Assembly: GCF_021869535.1 (NCBI RefSeq)
Contig: NW_026262679.1
Location: 87,978,001 to 88,042,000 of the forward strand
Reading direction: 5' to 3'
DNA from: Mytilus californianus
Lineage: Eukaryota
DNA length: 64,000 nucleotides
In this document: positions 37,301 through 48,974 of the stretch, one piece after another
How positions within the stretch are numbered: position 1 is the stretch's first letter
Layout: the number at the start of each line of letters is the position of its first letter
The notes under the pieces: generated by a model
Told to the model about the DNA's origin: nothing
The model's input: the letters and a program-made list of their open reading frames with translations, nothing else
Databases searched by the model: none
Made by a program: the position numbers and the translations under genes

Positions 37301-37834
37301 GAATCAGAGAAGTGTTTGAGAAAAGCTTTTTCGTTTATACTACAGATGGTCTATTTGAGATAAGATGAATACACTGTTTTACTTGTTGTCCAGCTTTATC
37401 AATTAAACATTGTCATAACATCTTGGTAACCAAAATACTAAACCTCAGATACCTCTAATGAAAATTCAAACTTCAGACTTTGTAAACATTATGCGTTTAA
37501 AATTGCTCCTATGATCTTACTACAGGCTTCTTTAACTTTTTGCCTTAGAATTGCTAGTTTCCCCCTGAAAGTACTGGTATATGTATATTATCTTTTCATA
37601 ACTTTTTTCTGTTATTCACAAATATGTATAAATGAAAAAATAAGGAGGTGTGGTAGACCAAAAAATAACGAGGCGTGGTAGAGCTTAACTTTTTTCCTTT
37701 TTTTTGCAGGTATACCATTAGTTTATGAGTTAGATGAAAATCTTCGCCCATTAAAGCATTATTATCTGGCAGATGAAGCCCAAGTTAAGGCAGCAATGGA
37801 GAAAGTTGCAAACCAAGGAAAAGTAAAAAAATAG
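31369..37834 (+). CDS. PGAM: 2,3-bisphosphoglycerate-dependent phosphoglycerate mutase, 6 exons, 251 aa
   Basis: Exons 31369-31497, 33357-33566, 34887-34970, 35842-35940, 36969-37077, 37710-37834; GT-AG, phase-consistent, 756 nt. Motifs [61 protein letters not shown]. Confidence 0.97.
32085..32500 (+). repeat. Abundant dispersed repeat, longer copy (AGATGTGGTATGAGTGCCAATGAGAC family), PGAM intron 1
   Basis: Matches 27567-27772 and 61378-61680; reverse complement of 52045-52490. Confidence 0.75.
35335..35510 (+). mobile_element. Degenerate tRNA-derived SINE
   Basis: A-box-like TGGTCTTGCTGTAG, B-box-like GGTTCAATCC, followed by TAAGAGCAAAGACTGATTGG...AATCAGAATAATGTG, recognised as a mollusc SINE body. 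A weaker copy lies at ~25590-25700. Confidence 0.45.
36370..36760 (+). mobile_element. Degenerate fragment of the AGCTCACCT HINE-like family in PGAM intron 4
   Basis: CTTTTCACATGACTTGGTGTC, CATCTTCACTGAAACTACAGGGCCAAATGG and AAAATGTGTC resemble 43530-43700. Confidence 0.5.
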
Positions 37835-38948
37835 ATCTGAAATGTTTTTAATGTTCGTAATCAATTATGTGTTATTTATTTTGAAGAGGTGGAGACATAA
37901 GGGTATAACAAAAATATTTTTTTCCAATTCATGCTTGCATAATATATATTTCGTTTTATCTTGGCTGTACTCTTCTGTGAAGAATTAATGAACAGTGCAT
38001 TCTTTTAAACTTATAATAAAATCTTGTTTTCAGTAGAAAATTAAATTTGCAGTTAAAAAAGAACTGGAAAAAAAAGAATCTTTCAGTCTTCAATTTTTCT
38101 CTTACTTTTCCTAAAATTGGAATGTTGTAATTACACATTTTGTTACAGTGCCATGATATCATTTAATATAAGCAAATCCTTTATTTCGTTGTTACTAATG
38201 TGTTTATGTTACCTAGTTAGTGCTAATTTTAAACAAATTTATTTGTAAATTGTTACATTGTATGATATCTATTAATAAAATTGCTTGTTTTACATTTATT
38301 TTATTAGTCTTTTCTAAGATTTTAAAGCCTATTCAGCGACTTTGATGTAATGTTTGTTTCATGTCTGTCTTTTATTTGTCTTCTGCTTTCAACAATTCCT
38401 TGAAATTACAAGATACATTTCACTTGTCCATACTTGAAGGCTGTTAACTGCATATTTTTTTCAAACTTGTGTTGTTGGGCATCTGTCTGTCTCGTCAATG
38501 TTCTTGAACTACTTTAGGTTCCGCTTTATTCAATTTAGTAATGATTTTGTAAATCAAACTCAGAAATTTATGTCAACAGAAGACAAAATTACGAAAATTA
38601 TCACAGGAACCTATAAAGGAACATACTGTGGAAAGATCATTAGGTACGGCTTCATTAGTGACATATGAATGTGGTGGTAAAACACATAAAAGTCAACCAA
38701 GAATGGTGGTCTGAGGTTTGATTTGAAAACACTGTCATTTTTATATCTTTCCTGTTATTCTGTATGATGGCTATTGAGTTCATCTGGTCCTGTTTTAGAA
38801 CCAGTGAAGGCCTCTGACACCAACAGTATAATGTCTCCCAATTATTTAGAAAAATGTATAATGTATGTCCTTTAAGGTATTTACTTCATAAGTTAGTAGT
38901 ATCCTCTTTAAGTGTCCATCTGACCATGGTCACTTGACCTAAGCCCCA

Positions 38949-40902
38949 TTTTTGTCGAGCCTGCGATTTCTGTCTCAGAGAGCTCGACATAGGGATAGTG
39001 ATCTGGCAGCAATGGCAGCTTTAACAAACTATTTAAAAGCTTTATATTTTAGAAGGTGGAAGACCTGGATGCTTCATACTTTGTATATAGATGCCTTATG
39101 TTATGAAGTTTCCATCTGTCATATGTCCATTGTCCTTGACTTCATTTTCATGGTTCAGTGACTACTTGAAAAAAAAAGTTAAGATTTTTTGTAATATCAA
39201 TTTCTCTCTTATTATGAGTAATAAGATAACTATATTTAGTATGTGTGTACCTTGCAAGGTTCTCATGCCTGTCAGACAGTTTTCATCTGAACTCAACCTC
39301 ATTTCATGGATCAGTGATCAAGGTTAAGTTTTCATGGTCAAGTCCATATATCAGATACTATAAGCAATAGGTCTACTATATTTGGTGTATGGAATGATTG
39401 TAAGGTGTACATGTCCAACTGGCAGGTGTCATCTGACCTTGACCTCATATTAATGGTTCAGTGGTTAAAGTTAAGTTTTTGTGTTTTGGTTTTTTTTCTA
39501 ATACTATATGCAACAGGTCAACTATATTTGGATTATGGAAATATTTTAGGCAGGTTTATTTGACCTTGACCTCATTTTCACAGTTCATTGCTCAGTGTTA
39601 AGTTTTTATGTTTTGGTCTGTTTTTCTTAAACTATAAGCAATAGGTCAACTATATTTGGTGTATGGAATGATTGTAAGGTGTATATGTCTGTCTTGCAGG
39701 TATCAACTGACCTAGACCTCATTTTCATGGTTCATTGTTCAATGTTAAGTTTTCATGGTTAAGTTTGTTTCTTAGATACTATATGCAATTGGTCAACTAT
39801 ATTTAATGCATAGATTGATCCTAAGGTGTACATGTCTGTCTGGCATGGTTCATCTGACCTTGACCTCATTTTCATGGATCATTGTTCAATGTTAAGTTTT
39901 CCTGGTTAAGGATGTATTCTTCTGATGTTTCAGTCTCGTTGAAATCTCGTTCTGGAATTATTTCCAAAACATGTGATACAAGTGGAAAATAGCAATGAAT
40001 TTAAAAAATATCATAATCAAACTTAACTCTGTGAAAAAATTGTGTATTTACAATAAGTAGTTTTTGAGTAATAAATTTTTCAAATTTTATTAGCAATCAA
40101 GTCGGTCTTTTTAGCCAAAATTTTGAGAAAAAGGGTGAGGGGTACAAGAAATGATTTTACCAGAAACATACATCCCATATCACTTTTTTCTTTTCAAATT
40201 TCTTAGATATGTATTTTTTCAATCATTTATAACAAAGAAGTTGAAATAATATGCATTTTGTTCTTAAAACAGAGAAAAATCACAAATTTACAAAATTGAC
40301 AGCATGGTAAATTTGACACGAAAAAACATCAAAACATGATAAAACTTTCTTATATTAACACCTACCTATTCTTTTTTTAAATTAAATTTATTCAGATTGG
40401 TCCAATTCATCTTTATTGAAAGTATGAAAAAAAGTTTAATTGTGGAACTGATTTTTTTCACGATAATAGCCCAAAAATGGGTAAAAATTGATGAAAAATG
40501 GGAAAATCATCAAAATTGGGTACTTTCAAAGGGCCGTAGCAAAAAAAAGAAGTGCACCACCATATTTTTTTTTTCTTCACCAATTATTTTTTACAGCCTT
40601 ATAAACCGAAAAATCAGGTTAAGAAAAAAAGTTTAATTCTAGAAATTTTTGGCTCCTCAGAGGTGTACATCCTTAAGTTTGTTTCTTGGAAACTATAAGC
40701 AATAGGTTAACTATATTTGGTGTATGGAATGATTGTAAGGTGTACATGTATTTCCGGTTTGGTTTATCTGACCTTGACCTCATATTCTTGGATCATGTTA
40801 AGTTTATGTGATACTTGTAGTAAAGCTTTATACTTAGGACTATCAACATAAAATCAATGGTCAGTAAAGCAGGGGAGACATTTCAGTGTGTGCACTCTTG
40901 TT
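38949..40902 (+). mobile_element. Helentron-associated non-autonomous element with internal ~140-150-bp tandem repeats, interrupted by a Kolobok-like MITE
   Basis: 5' TTTTGTCGAGCCTGC...GCTCGAC hairpin; repeated ACTATAAGCAATAGGTCAACTATATTTGGTGTATGGAATGATTGTAAGG units; 3' GCAGGGGAGACATTTCAGTGTGTGCACTCTTGTT. Confidence 0.75.
39910..40672. mobile_element. Kolobok-like non-autonomous DNA transposon, copy 2 (nested)
   Basis: TTAA at 39906-09 and 40673-76. Termini GGATGTATTCTTCTGA / TCAGAGGTGTACATCC. Removing it restores the host repeat GGTTAAGTTTGTTTC seen at ~39757. Confidence 0.85.
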
Positions 40903-41070
40903 ATTTTTAATTGATCAATTGTTAGAGCTTGACATAGTGTATAGAAACCTGCCCATTGTTGAAGATCTAGATGTCTTTTTTTAGTCCTTTTAGTCTATTG
41001 TATTTATTTATACTCCACATCTCCTTCTGTTGATCCCATACAGGGTTTTTGGTCAGTCCATCTATCTATG

Positions 41071-41121
41071 TTTTTATACGACCGCAAAAAAATTTTTGTG
41101 GTCGTATATTGGTATAACGTT

Positions 41122-41163
<42 letters not shown>

Positions 41164-43357
41164 CGGCGTCGTCGTCCGAATACACATTAGTTTTCGCACT
41201 CTAACTTTAGTTTTAGTGAATGGATCTCATTGAAATTTTACCATAAGGTTCAATACCACAAAAGGAAGGTGGGGATTGATTTTGGGGGTTATGGTACCAA
41301 CAGTTAAGGAATTAGGGGCCAAAAGGGGCCAAAAATAAGCATTTTTGTAACTTCCAGACATAACTTGTGTGTAAGTGTATGGATCTCTCTGACATTGTAC
41401 CACAAGGTTCCATATCACAAAGGGAATGCTGGGATTGATTTTGGGGGTAATTGTCTCCAAATTTTAGGAATTAGGGGCCAAAAAGGGGCAAAAAACAAGC
41501 ATTTTTCTAGTTTCATGACAATAACTTGTTTGTAAGTGTATGGATCTTTATGAAATTGTACTACAAGGTTCCATATCACAAAGGGAATACTGGGATTGAT
41601 TTTTGGGGTAATTTCCTCCAAATATTTGGAATTAGGGGCCAAAAAGGGGCAAAAAACAAGCATTTTTCTAGTTTCATGACAATAACTTGTTTTTAAGTGT
41701 ACGGATCTTTATGAAATTGTACTACAAGGTTCCATATCACAAAGGGAAGGCTGGGATTGATTTTGGGGATTTTCCCTCAAAATTTTAGTAATTAGGGGCC
41801 ATAAAAGGGCAAAAAAAACATGCATTTTTCTAGTTTCAGGACAATAACTTGTGTGTAAGTGTATGGATCTTTATGAAATTGTACTGCAAGGTTCCATATC
41901 ACAAAGGGAAAGCTGGAATTGAGTTTGGGGGTAATTGCCCTAAACGTTTAGGAATTTGGGGCCAAAAAGGGGCCAAAAACCAAGCATTTTTCTAGTTTCC
42001 AGACAATAACTTGTGTTCAAGTGTATGAATCTCTCTGAAATTGTACTGCAAGGTACCATACCACAAAGGGAAAGCTGGGATTGAGTTTGGGGGCGATGAA
42101 TCATAAGGGGGTTCAAAAAATTGGGGGGGGGGGATTTTTTTTTTCCTTTTTTTTCTTTAACATTTTCCATTTTAAATTGGTTATTTCTGATTTATATATA
42201 AAAGCAAATAATAATGATATGGTTTGAATAGGCATACATGTGAACCTCCCGACGGGAGTACAATAATCCCGTTTTCAGGGGTGTCCTCCCCCCTCCCGTT
42301 GAAAAAATCCTGTGTATGAAATTTTTCATGAATGAAAAATTTCTGCCCAACATAACATCTCAGGCATCTGGTGTAACTGACATTACCTGAAGTTATATTT
42401 TACCTGTAAATCAATTAACATGCATAATTATATGGCTTCACTTGTCAGCTTGGGTGTCAAACATACTGGTAAGCAACGATTTTTACCTCAGGCTAACTGC
42501 CGTTGTGTAACAAAAACTGTGTATTTATTGGGTTACTTCCCTTGATTTATCCTGTTTTAAGTTACTTTCCTTTTAATAATGAAAATTTTTAAAAGAATAT
42601 AAATAAAATATAAATTGAACAAATAATCATAAAAGGATGGTTATTAAATGATTTTAAATGTCTTAGGACAAATAAAAAAATAATAATTTGAAAATTATTT
42701 GAGGATTCTATACTTCCTTTTAAGGCTTAAATTGAAATTTATATAATAACTATGACCCTAACTTTTCAGATAGAATGAATTTCTGAGTTTGCAAATTAAA
42801 ACTATTTGCAAGAGAAAAAAAAAAAAAATAAAAACTAATTGCAGACAGCTAAACAAATGTTCTGGTTGCAATGATTGTTTTATAGAATATGAAGTAAAAA
42901 ATTTAAAGAACATACTGGAAAAAAACAATGTTAGATTGAACATGTAGAATATAAAGATGGAGAAACTTTATAAGTACAAGGGTACTATAAACATAATAAA
43001 TTGGTTGGAAAGTTGAAGAAAACACACTTTAAAAGACCATTTTTACAGCACACGGTTACATTTACAACAAAATTAATGTCGATTAAAAACCTCCTGATCT
43101 GAGTCCTAATCTCCTGACCAAAATTTCCCAATCTCCTGATCTGAGTTTCACAGTCCATCACATGTATGAATAGGTAAATTGAAAATTTTTAAGTTCTTAG
43201 ACCACTTTCATTCTGTGTCAGAAACCTATGCTGTGTCAAATATTTAATTACAATCCAAATTCAGTGCTGTATCAAGCTTGAATGTTGTGTCCATACTTGC
43301 CCCAACTGTTCAGGGTTCGACCTCTGCGGTCGTATCAAGCTGCGCCCCAGCGGAGCA
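41071..43357 (+). mobile_element. Helentron-associated non-autonomous element with (GTC)n microsatellite and ~165-bp internal tandem repeats
   Basis: 5' ATACGACCGC (41076-85) forms a hairpin with GTGGTCGTAT; (GTC)n at ~41121-41176; about 5 copies of a ~165-bp unit (41220-42090); inverted partner GCGGTCGTAT at 43326-35 followed by a terminal GC-rich hairpin. Confidence 0.75.
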
Positions 43358-43509
43358 TTTTATTCAGATTTTGTCCTGAAATGATTCAGAATATTGAATA
43401 AATAATTGGTCATATCATAAAACGTTACAGATTAACATCTAGTTTTCTGATTGAGCAATATTAGCCTTGTATCAAAGAAATTGCTTCAAATAAGAGTTTT
43501 CCCCATTAC

Positions 43510-45440
43510 TAGCTCACCTGGTCCAAAGGGTCATGTGAGCTTTTCTCATCACTTGGCATCCGCCCACTGTTAACTTCAACAAATATGTTCTTCTCTGAAA
43601 TGACTGGGGCCAATTGGGACCATGCTTGACCACAACCATCTTTTTGATATCTTGTTTAGAAAATGTGTCTGCCTGCCAGACAATTTCAAAGGCTGAAATA
43701 GGATGTATGGGTAAAATGAAAGTATCATTTTAATGGAGAAAATCTGACAGGGTCAGAATGTCCAGAATGTCAATAATTACCTTACACCTACCTATGGTGA
43801 TTAAAACTGTATGTCTTCTCCCTATAGAAGTGATTGCCCTTAAAGGACAATTTTTACCAATTTTTGGAACACCTGGCCTAATTTTTTTCATGTTTGCCTA
43901 ATATCTGAAAATTTATAATAGATGATCAACAAGACAAGATCTACAATTAAGTCCAATGGTCGAAATCATCAGACGACTCCTTGTTGAAGTTATTGCCCTT
44001 TAACGACGATGTTTATCAATTTTTTGCGTTTTTGCCTACTATCTATAACTATTATAGATAGATAGAAACTTAGATAAAAAAGTTATCAGCAAGACAAGAT
44101 CTGCAAACAAGTTAACACTCTTGAAATTGTCTGACGACCCTTTGATAAAGATTTTAACCATTTTTTTGCGTTTTTGACTAATATCAGAAAAACTATAATA
44201 GATATATAAAAAATAAGGAAGCAAAGGTGATCAGCAAGACTTGATCTACAAATAAGTCAAATAGCCGAAATGATATCAGTCGATTCCTTGTAGGAGTACT
44301 TGTTCTTTAATGACGCCGGATTTTTATTAATATTTTACGTTTTGCCTACTATCTTGAAAACTATAAAAGATAGATAGACACTTTTAATAGCAAAAATTAT
44401 CAGCAAGACGATCTACAAATAAGTAAAATTTTGCCGAAATTGTTTGTTTACTCTTTATAGGAGTGATTGCCTTAATTGATTATTTTTTACCATGTTTTGT
44501 GTTTTGGGCAAAATCTAAAGAAAAATGGAGAGAAACTGTAAACAGAAAAATAGATTTTTGTCATGAATTCTAGTCTAGTCCACAATGTTGGAGAGAGCCA
44601 AATTGTTGAAGATGCTCATAGACCTAGGTGAGCGACACAGGCTCTTTTTAGCCTCTAGTTTGCTATGGCTATTATCTTGTAAACTTGAATTAATAATGAG
44701 AAACTTTAACAGTCCAAAGTGATTAACAGGACAATATCTACAAATAAGTATCAATGGCTGAAATTTATAATATCAGTTATTGCCCTTTTTTTGCGTAAAC
44801 TGGAAACGATAGAATCTATATATGGCAAAAGTTATCAGCAGATCTACAAAAAAGTCAACATTCCGGTAGACAAAAATGTCAGATGACCCTCTTTAGGGAG
44901 CTGCCATTTGATTTTTATGGGGGGGCTAGGATGAAAAATTTTGTCCTGCATTTTTTTTTAGTTGTAATCTCTGTCATGCCTTTTTATTTTTCACTCTAAT
45001 CGGTCCTGCCTTTTTTTTTTAGTTTATCCTGACTTTTTTTTACATAAATTGTCATCCTGCCTTTTTTTTTTGCAAAGTGTCTCAACTTGCCTTTTTTTTT
45101 ACTCAAAATTCCTGTCCTGCCTATTTTTTTCAAATTTCATCCTATTCAAATTGTAGCTCCCTTAGGAGTTATTGCCCTTGGGTGGCAATTTATACCCATC
45201 TTTGGCTTTTTTGCAGAAACTGTAAACAATCAAAATGATCAGCCAAAATAAGATCTACAATTAAGTCAACATGACCAATGTCATCAGTCAACTCCTTATA
45301 GAAGGTATTGTCCTTGAAAAGATATTTACCCATTTTTTGCTCTCTTACTAGAAACTATTAGAATATTCCTATTAAATTTATGCAAAATACTAGGTGAGTG
45401 GTACAGTACAAACTCCTTACAGGCTCCTTGCAGCCTCTTG
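43510..45440 (+). mobile_element. Helentron-associated non-autonomous element(s), AGCTCACCT family, with ~175-bp internal repeats
   Basis: 5' AGCTCACCTGG...GTGAGCT hairpin. 3' AGGTGAGC (44626-33) plus AGGCT...AGCCT hairpin and CTAGTT. A second partial 3' end lies at ~45390-45440. Repeated CAGCAAGACAAGATCTACAAATAAGTC / GTTATTGCCCTT units. Confidence 0.7.
44896..45161. mobile_element. PIF/Harbinger-like MITE nested in the HINE internal repeat
   Basis: TTA duplication (44893-95, 45162-64). Inverted ends GGGAGCTGCCATTTGA / TCAAATTGTAGCTCCC. Internal TCCTGCCTTTTTT subrepeats. Confidence 0.75.
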
Positions 45441-45862
45441 TTTATCTGTAAACCCAAATGTCTTGATTTGATTTTTAGTCCCTTCCTAATGAAGGTGACT
45501 AGGTTTTCACTCCATCTGTCCTTAAAATATTATGAAGTTCAACATTTGAAGGTGAGAAATGGTAGGTGCTTTAAAAGCTTATTTTCTTGTTAATGAAACA
45601 CCATGATTTTACATGGTTTTCTGACCATAAGGTATTTTTTTTTACTTTTCCTGTTCATTCATTGTCTTTTATCTAGAACCGGCACTCTGGCTTCCTCTGC
45701 TAATAAAAACTGACGGCCATGAAATAGCACAATAGTGCTGAAAATGGTGTTAAACCCCAATCAATCATTCTTATCCAAAGGATCAAATAGCAGTAAAAAG
45801 AGAGAAGATACCAATGGGGTAAATAAAGTATAGCAACAGAAAGAAATTTGAGACTTCTTTAA

Positions 45863-45891
45863 CATATATATATATATATATATATATATAC
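45863..45891. repeat. (TA)n microsatellite
   Basis: About 14 consecutive TA units. Confidence 0.9.
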
Positions 45892-45989
45892 ATGAATAGA
45901 AACAGCCTTTATTTGGGAAAAAAATATTTTATATATTTATATACATTTCATACATTGTGTTCAAATATAACTCTCTGAAAACTATTAAA

Positions 45990-46735
45990 AGATTTATTGC
46001 CCCGTATCTTTTTCAGCACCTACATTTTGATTTCAGTGTCACTAAGAAAGAAAAAAGTCGATTGAGAACAAAACTTTTAGACAAAACAGATGATTTCACC
46101 TTCTCAATTGTGAACTTTCCATTTCTAAGTAGCAACATTCCAGGATCACCTGCATGTAGAGTATATATTTCCCAGTTGATACGATATTCCAGAGCTTGCA
46201 TTTCCTATCATGATTTCTTTGACAGAGGATTATTGCTTACAAGGAAGATATTGAACCAAGAGTTCCAAGTGGTGAAGTATGCAATCACGAGTTGGTTGAC
46301 TGTTATAGAATATCTGTTTCGCAGATGACAATAGATATGTTGCAATTGTCGTTACCACAATCATGTCCTCTTTTCCTCGAATGTGACCTCCGAACTAGAC
46401 TTATCCAGGGTGTGTACTTCCATGAGCAACACGACAGGTGCCACATTCGGAGCAGAATCTGCTTACCCTTCCGGAGCTGGGGGTTCCAACCCAGGATAAA
46501 GTGGGGGGGGGGGGGGGTAACCATATGACCCCATTCCAAAGCATTGATCTTAAAAAAAGGGGGGTTCTGGAACCCCCGGACCCCCCCTCCCCCCCTTGGA
46601 TCCGCCACTGTGTGTGGTGTTTTGTGTACTGTTGTTTGTCTTTTTGTCGTTTTTAGTTTTTTGCCATGGCATGGTCAGTTAATTTTCGACTTTATTAGAG
46701 TGAATACCCTTTGGTATCTTACGTCTCTCTGTTTT
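45990..46735 (+). mobile_element. Penelope-like retroelement 3' fragment (RT C-terminus and tail), interrupted by a GC-rich short element at ~46478-46610
   Basis: ORF 45957-46328 contains LRTKLLDKTDDFTFSIVNFPFLSSNIPGSPACRVYISQLIRYSRACISYHDFFDRGLLLTRKILNQEF. It is followed by GAGCAGAATCTGCTTACCCTTCCGGAGC and a T-rich tail. Confidence 0.8.
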
Positions 46736-46737
46736 AG

Positions 46738-47445
46738 ACTTACTATAATGAGACAACTCTCCACAAGAGACCAAATGACACAGAAATTAACAACTATAGG
46801 TCACCCATACCGCATAGTCAGCTATAAAAGGCCCCGAAATGACAAATGTAAAACAATTCAAACGAGAAAACTAACGGCCTAATTTATGTACAAAATAATG
46901 AACGAAAAACAAATATGTTACACAGCAATAAATGACAACCACTGAATTACAGGCTCCTGACTTGGGCAAGGCACATATAGAATGTGGCGGGGTTAAATAG
47001 TTTGAAGGTGCCAAGTTGACAACCCTCCCCCCCTAACCAGGGACAGTGGTGTAACAGTACAACATAAGAAAAAAACTATAAAAATCAGTTGAAAAAGGCT
47101 TAACTCATCAGATGAATACAAATAGAAATACGTCTAAATACATCTAACAAAAACATGGAGTGGACGTGGATGGGTACTTATACATCGCCACAACAAAAAG
47201 ACATTAAGTACAGATCTGAGAGTACTCGCATTTACTGACAGCTAGTTTAAAGCCAATAACAACTAATAAAAAAGTCCTGCATCTAAGACTTAAATATCAA
47301 TCAACACATCCAACATCCGATGGATTTAGTGTAAAGACGTCATAAACAGCCAGAGAAAAACATGACCTTGTGCAATGCCAAGATACAGGTATCGACAGAT
47401 TGTAGAGCCATGAATGTGCATATGTATATAAAATTAATATTTAGT
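46738..47445 (+). repeat. Abundant dispersed repeat, second subfamily (GAGACAACTCTCCACAAGAGACCAAATGACACAGAAATTAAC...)
   Basis: Shares GGCTCCTGACTTGGG and GACAGTGGTGTAACAG-type blocks with 57535-58145 and the related family at 27567. Confidence 0.65.
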
Positions 47446-48974
47446 TTGATTTTAATTTACTGATAACAAAATCAATATTAATACCATTAAAAACAATATT
47501 CAAAGATCTAATTACAGTGTTGAATTGGTAACCTTTTAGAATAAGTTTATTTAAAGGATCGATAAGTTTACCCGGATCGTTTCTAAATTTCCGGGCTCGG
47601 TAAATAACATCTCCGTAAAAATTACTAGTTTCTTATTCACTAGTTTTGTATTATGTATTTAGTTATCAAATCCGATTCATGTAGATGATGCTGTACAATA
47701 AATTCAGGGTACTTAGTGACCGAGTGACTATGTAACTTTTGCTAAGTTTAGATGTTAAAGTTTGTGATTAGGTCAGTTTTGAGGGGAATCGCAAATGATA
47801 AGTCAATGATATTTAGTATTCATTTGATATAGCATTTGCAGATCTCATTTCCATGGGGATTATTTGGCCCTAAACCTTCAGTAATAGTTCATTGACTGAA
47901 TATTTTGCATAGTTGACATGATAAAATTTTGACACGCTGGTAACGTAATTTTCTTCTAAGTAGTCGGCAAATTTGTTGCAATTTTCATTTACAGTCCTGA
48001 GCATTTGACATTATATCGTCTGAAAAACTGTTCAGTTTAATATTTTAACAATATTAAGTTTATGGATTTATTTTTCATATGTTTTTGTATAAATCCGCGC
48101 AAATGTAGTAACTTTTCAACAGATAAATTTCGCGCAAACGTAATGCGTTTTGTCGCGCAAATTTAGGACCAATCCGCGCAAAAGTAACGCGCCGGTATTT
48201 GTATGTAGTTGTATTATCATTAGCATATCTCATTTCCAGGATGTTTATTTTATGTTGGAGTTCCCAGATTTTTTATGTAAACAATGGGATTATGTAGGAT
48301 TATGTTGTAACAACACTAAACTAATGAACCAAGGTAAATCCAGGTAAATCTTGTGGAAAATAAAGAAAAAGAATAGTTTATATTACAATATTTTATTTGA
48401 TAATTTCATAGCACATTTTGTGTAAATAATATTCAAAATATAAATAAGATGTGGTATGAGTGCCAATGAGACATCTCTTCATCAAAGTCACAATGTATAA
48501 AAAGTTAACAATTATAGGTCAAAGTACACAATGTTATTCACAAGCAATTGAAATTATTTAGGTGAAAACATTAATACATACAAGTAAATAATATAAATTG
48601 AAATATAAGTATATTAAAATTGTAGTAATTATTCTTTGAAACAAAGCACTAAATTTTGAGTTACACTGCATATTCATTGAAACAAAGCACCGAAACACTA
48701 AATTGACATTAAAACAGAGCACTAACACAGTAATACACTGCACTAAATTGAACACACAAGATAATACGAAGTCTTAATCAATGCCAGGGGCGGATTCAGA
48801 CGGGGGCGTGGCGTGCGTGCGCCCCCTAAAAGCATGGGTTGTCTTAAGCGTAATCAAGAATATTTCGATAATTTTACCTCAAAAAAATTTTTCGCCCAGT
48901 TCCGCTCGGCGAAAATTTAAGTTTGCGCCCCCCCCCCCCCCCTAACCTAAAATCCTGCATCCGCCCCTGAATGT

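Noticed and set aside
20780-42170. Short ORFs such as 20819-21007, 40397-40636 and 41227-42170 that recur with similar peptides
   Set aside because: The similarity comes from repeated non-coding transposon sequence, not from a gene family.
48785-48969. GC-rich CAGGGGCGGAT...ATCCGCCCCTG element as a hAT MITE with TSD
   Set aside because: Inverted ends are visible, but the flanks (ATCAATGC vs AATGTGCA) do not form an 8-bp duplication, so the superfamily was not assigned.
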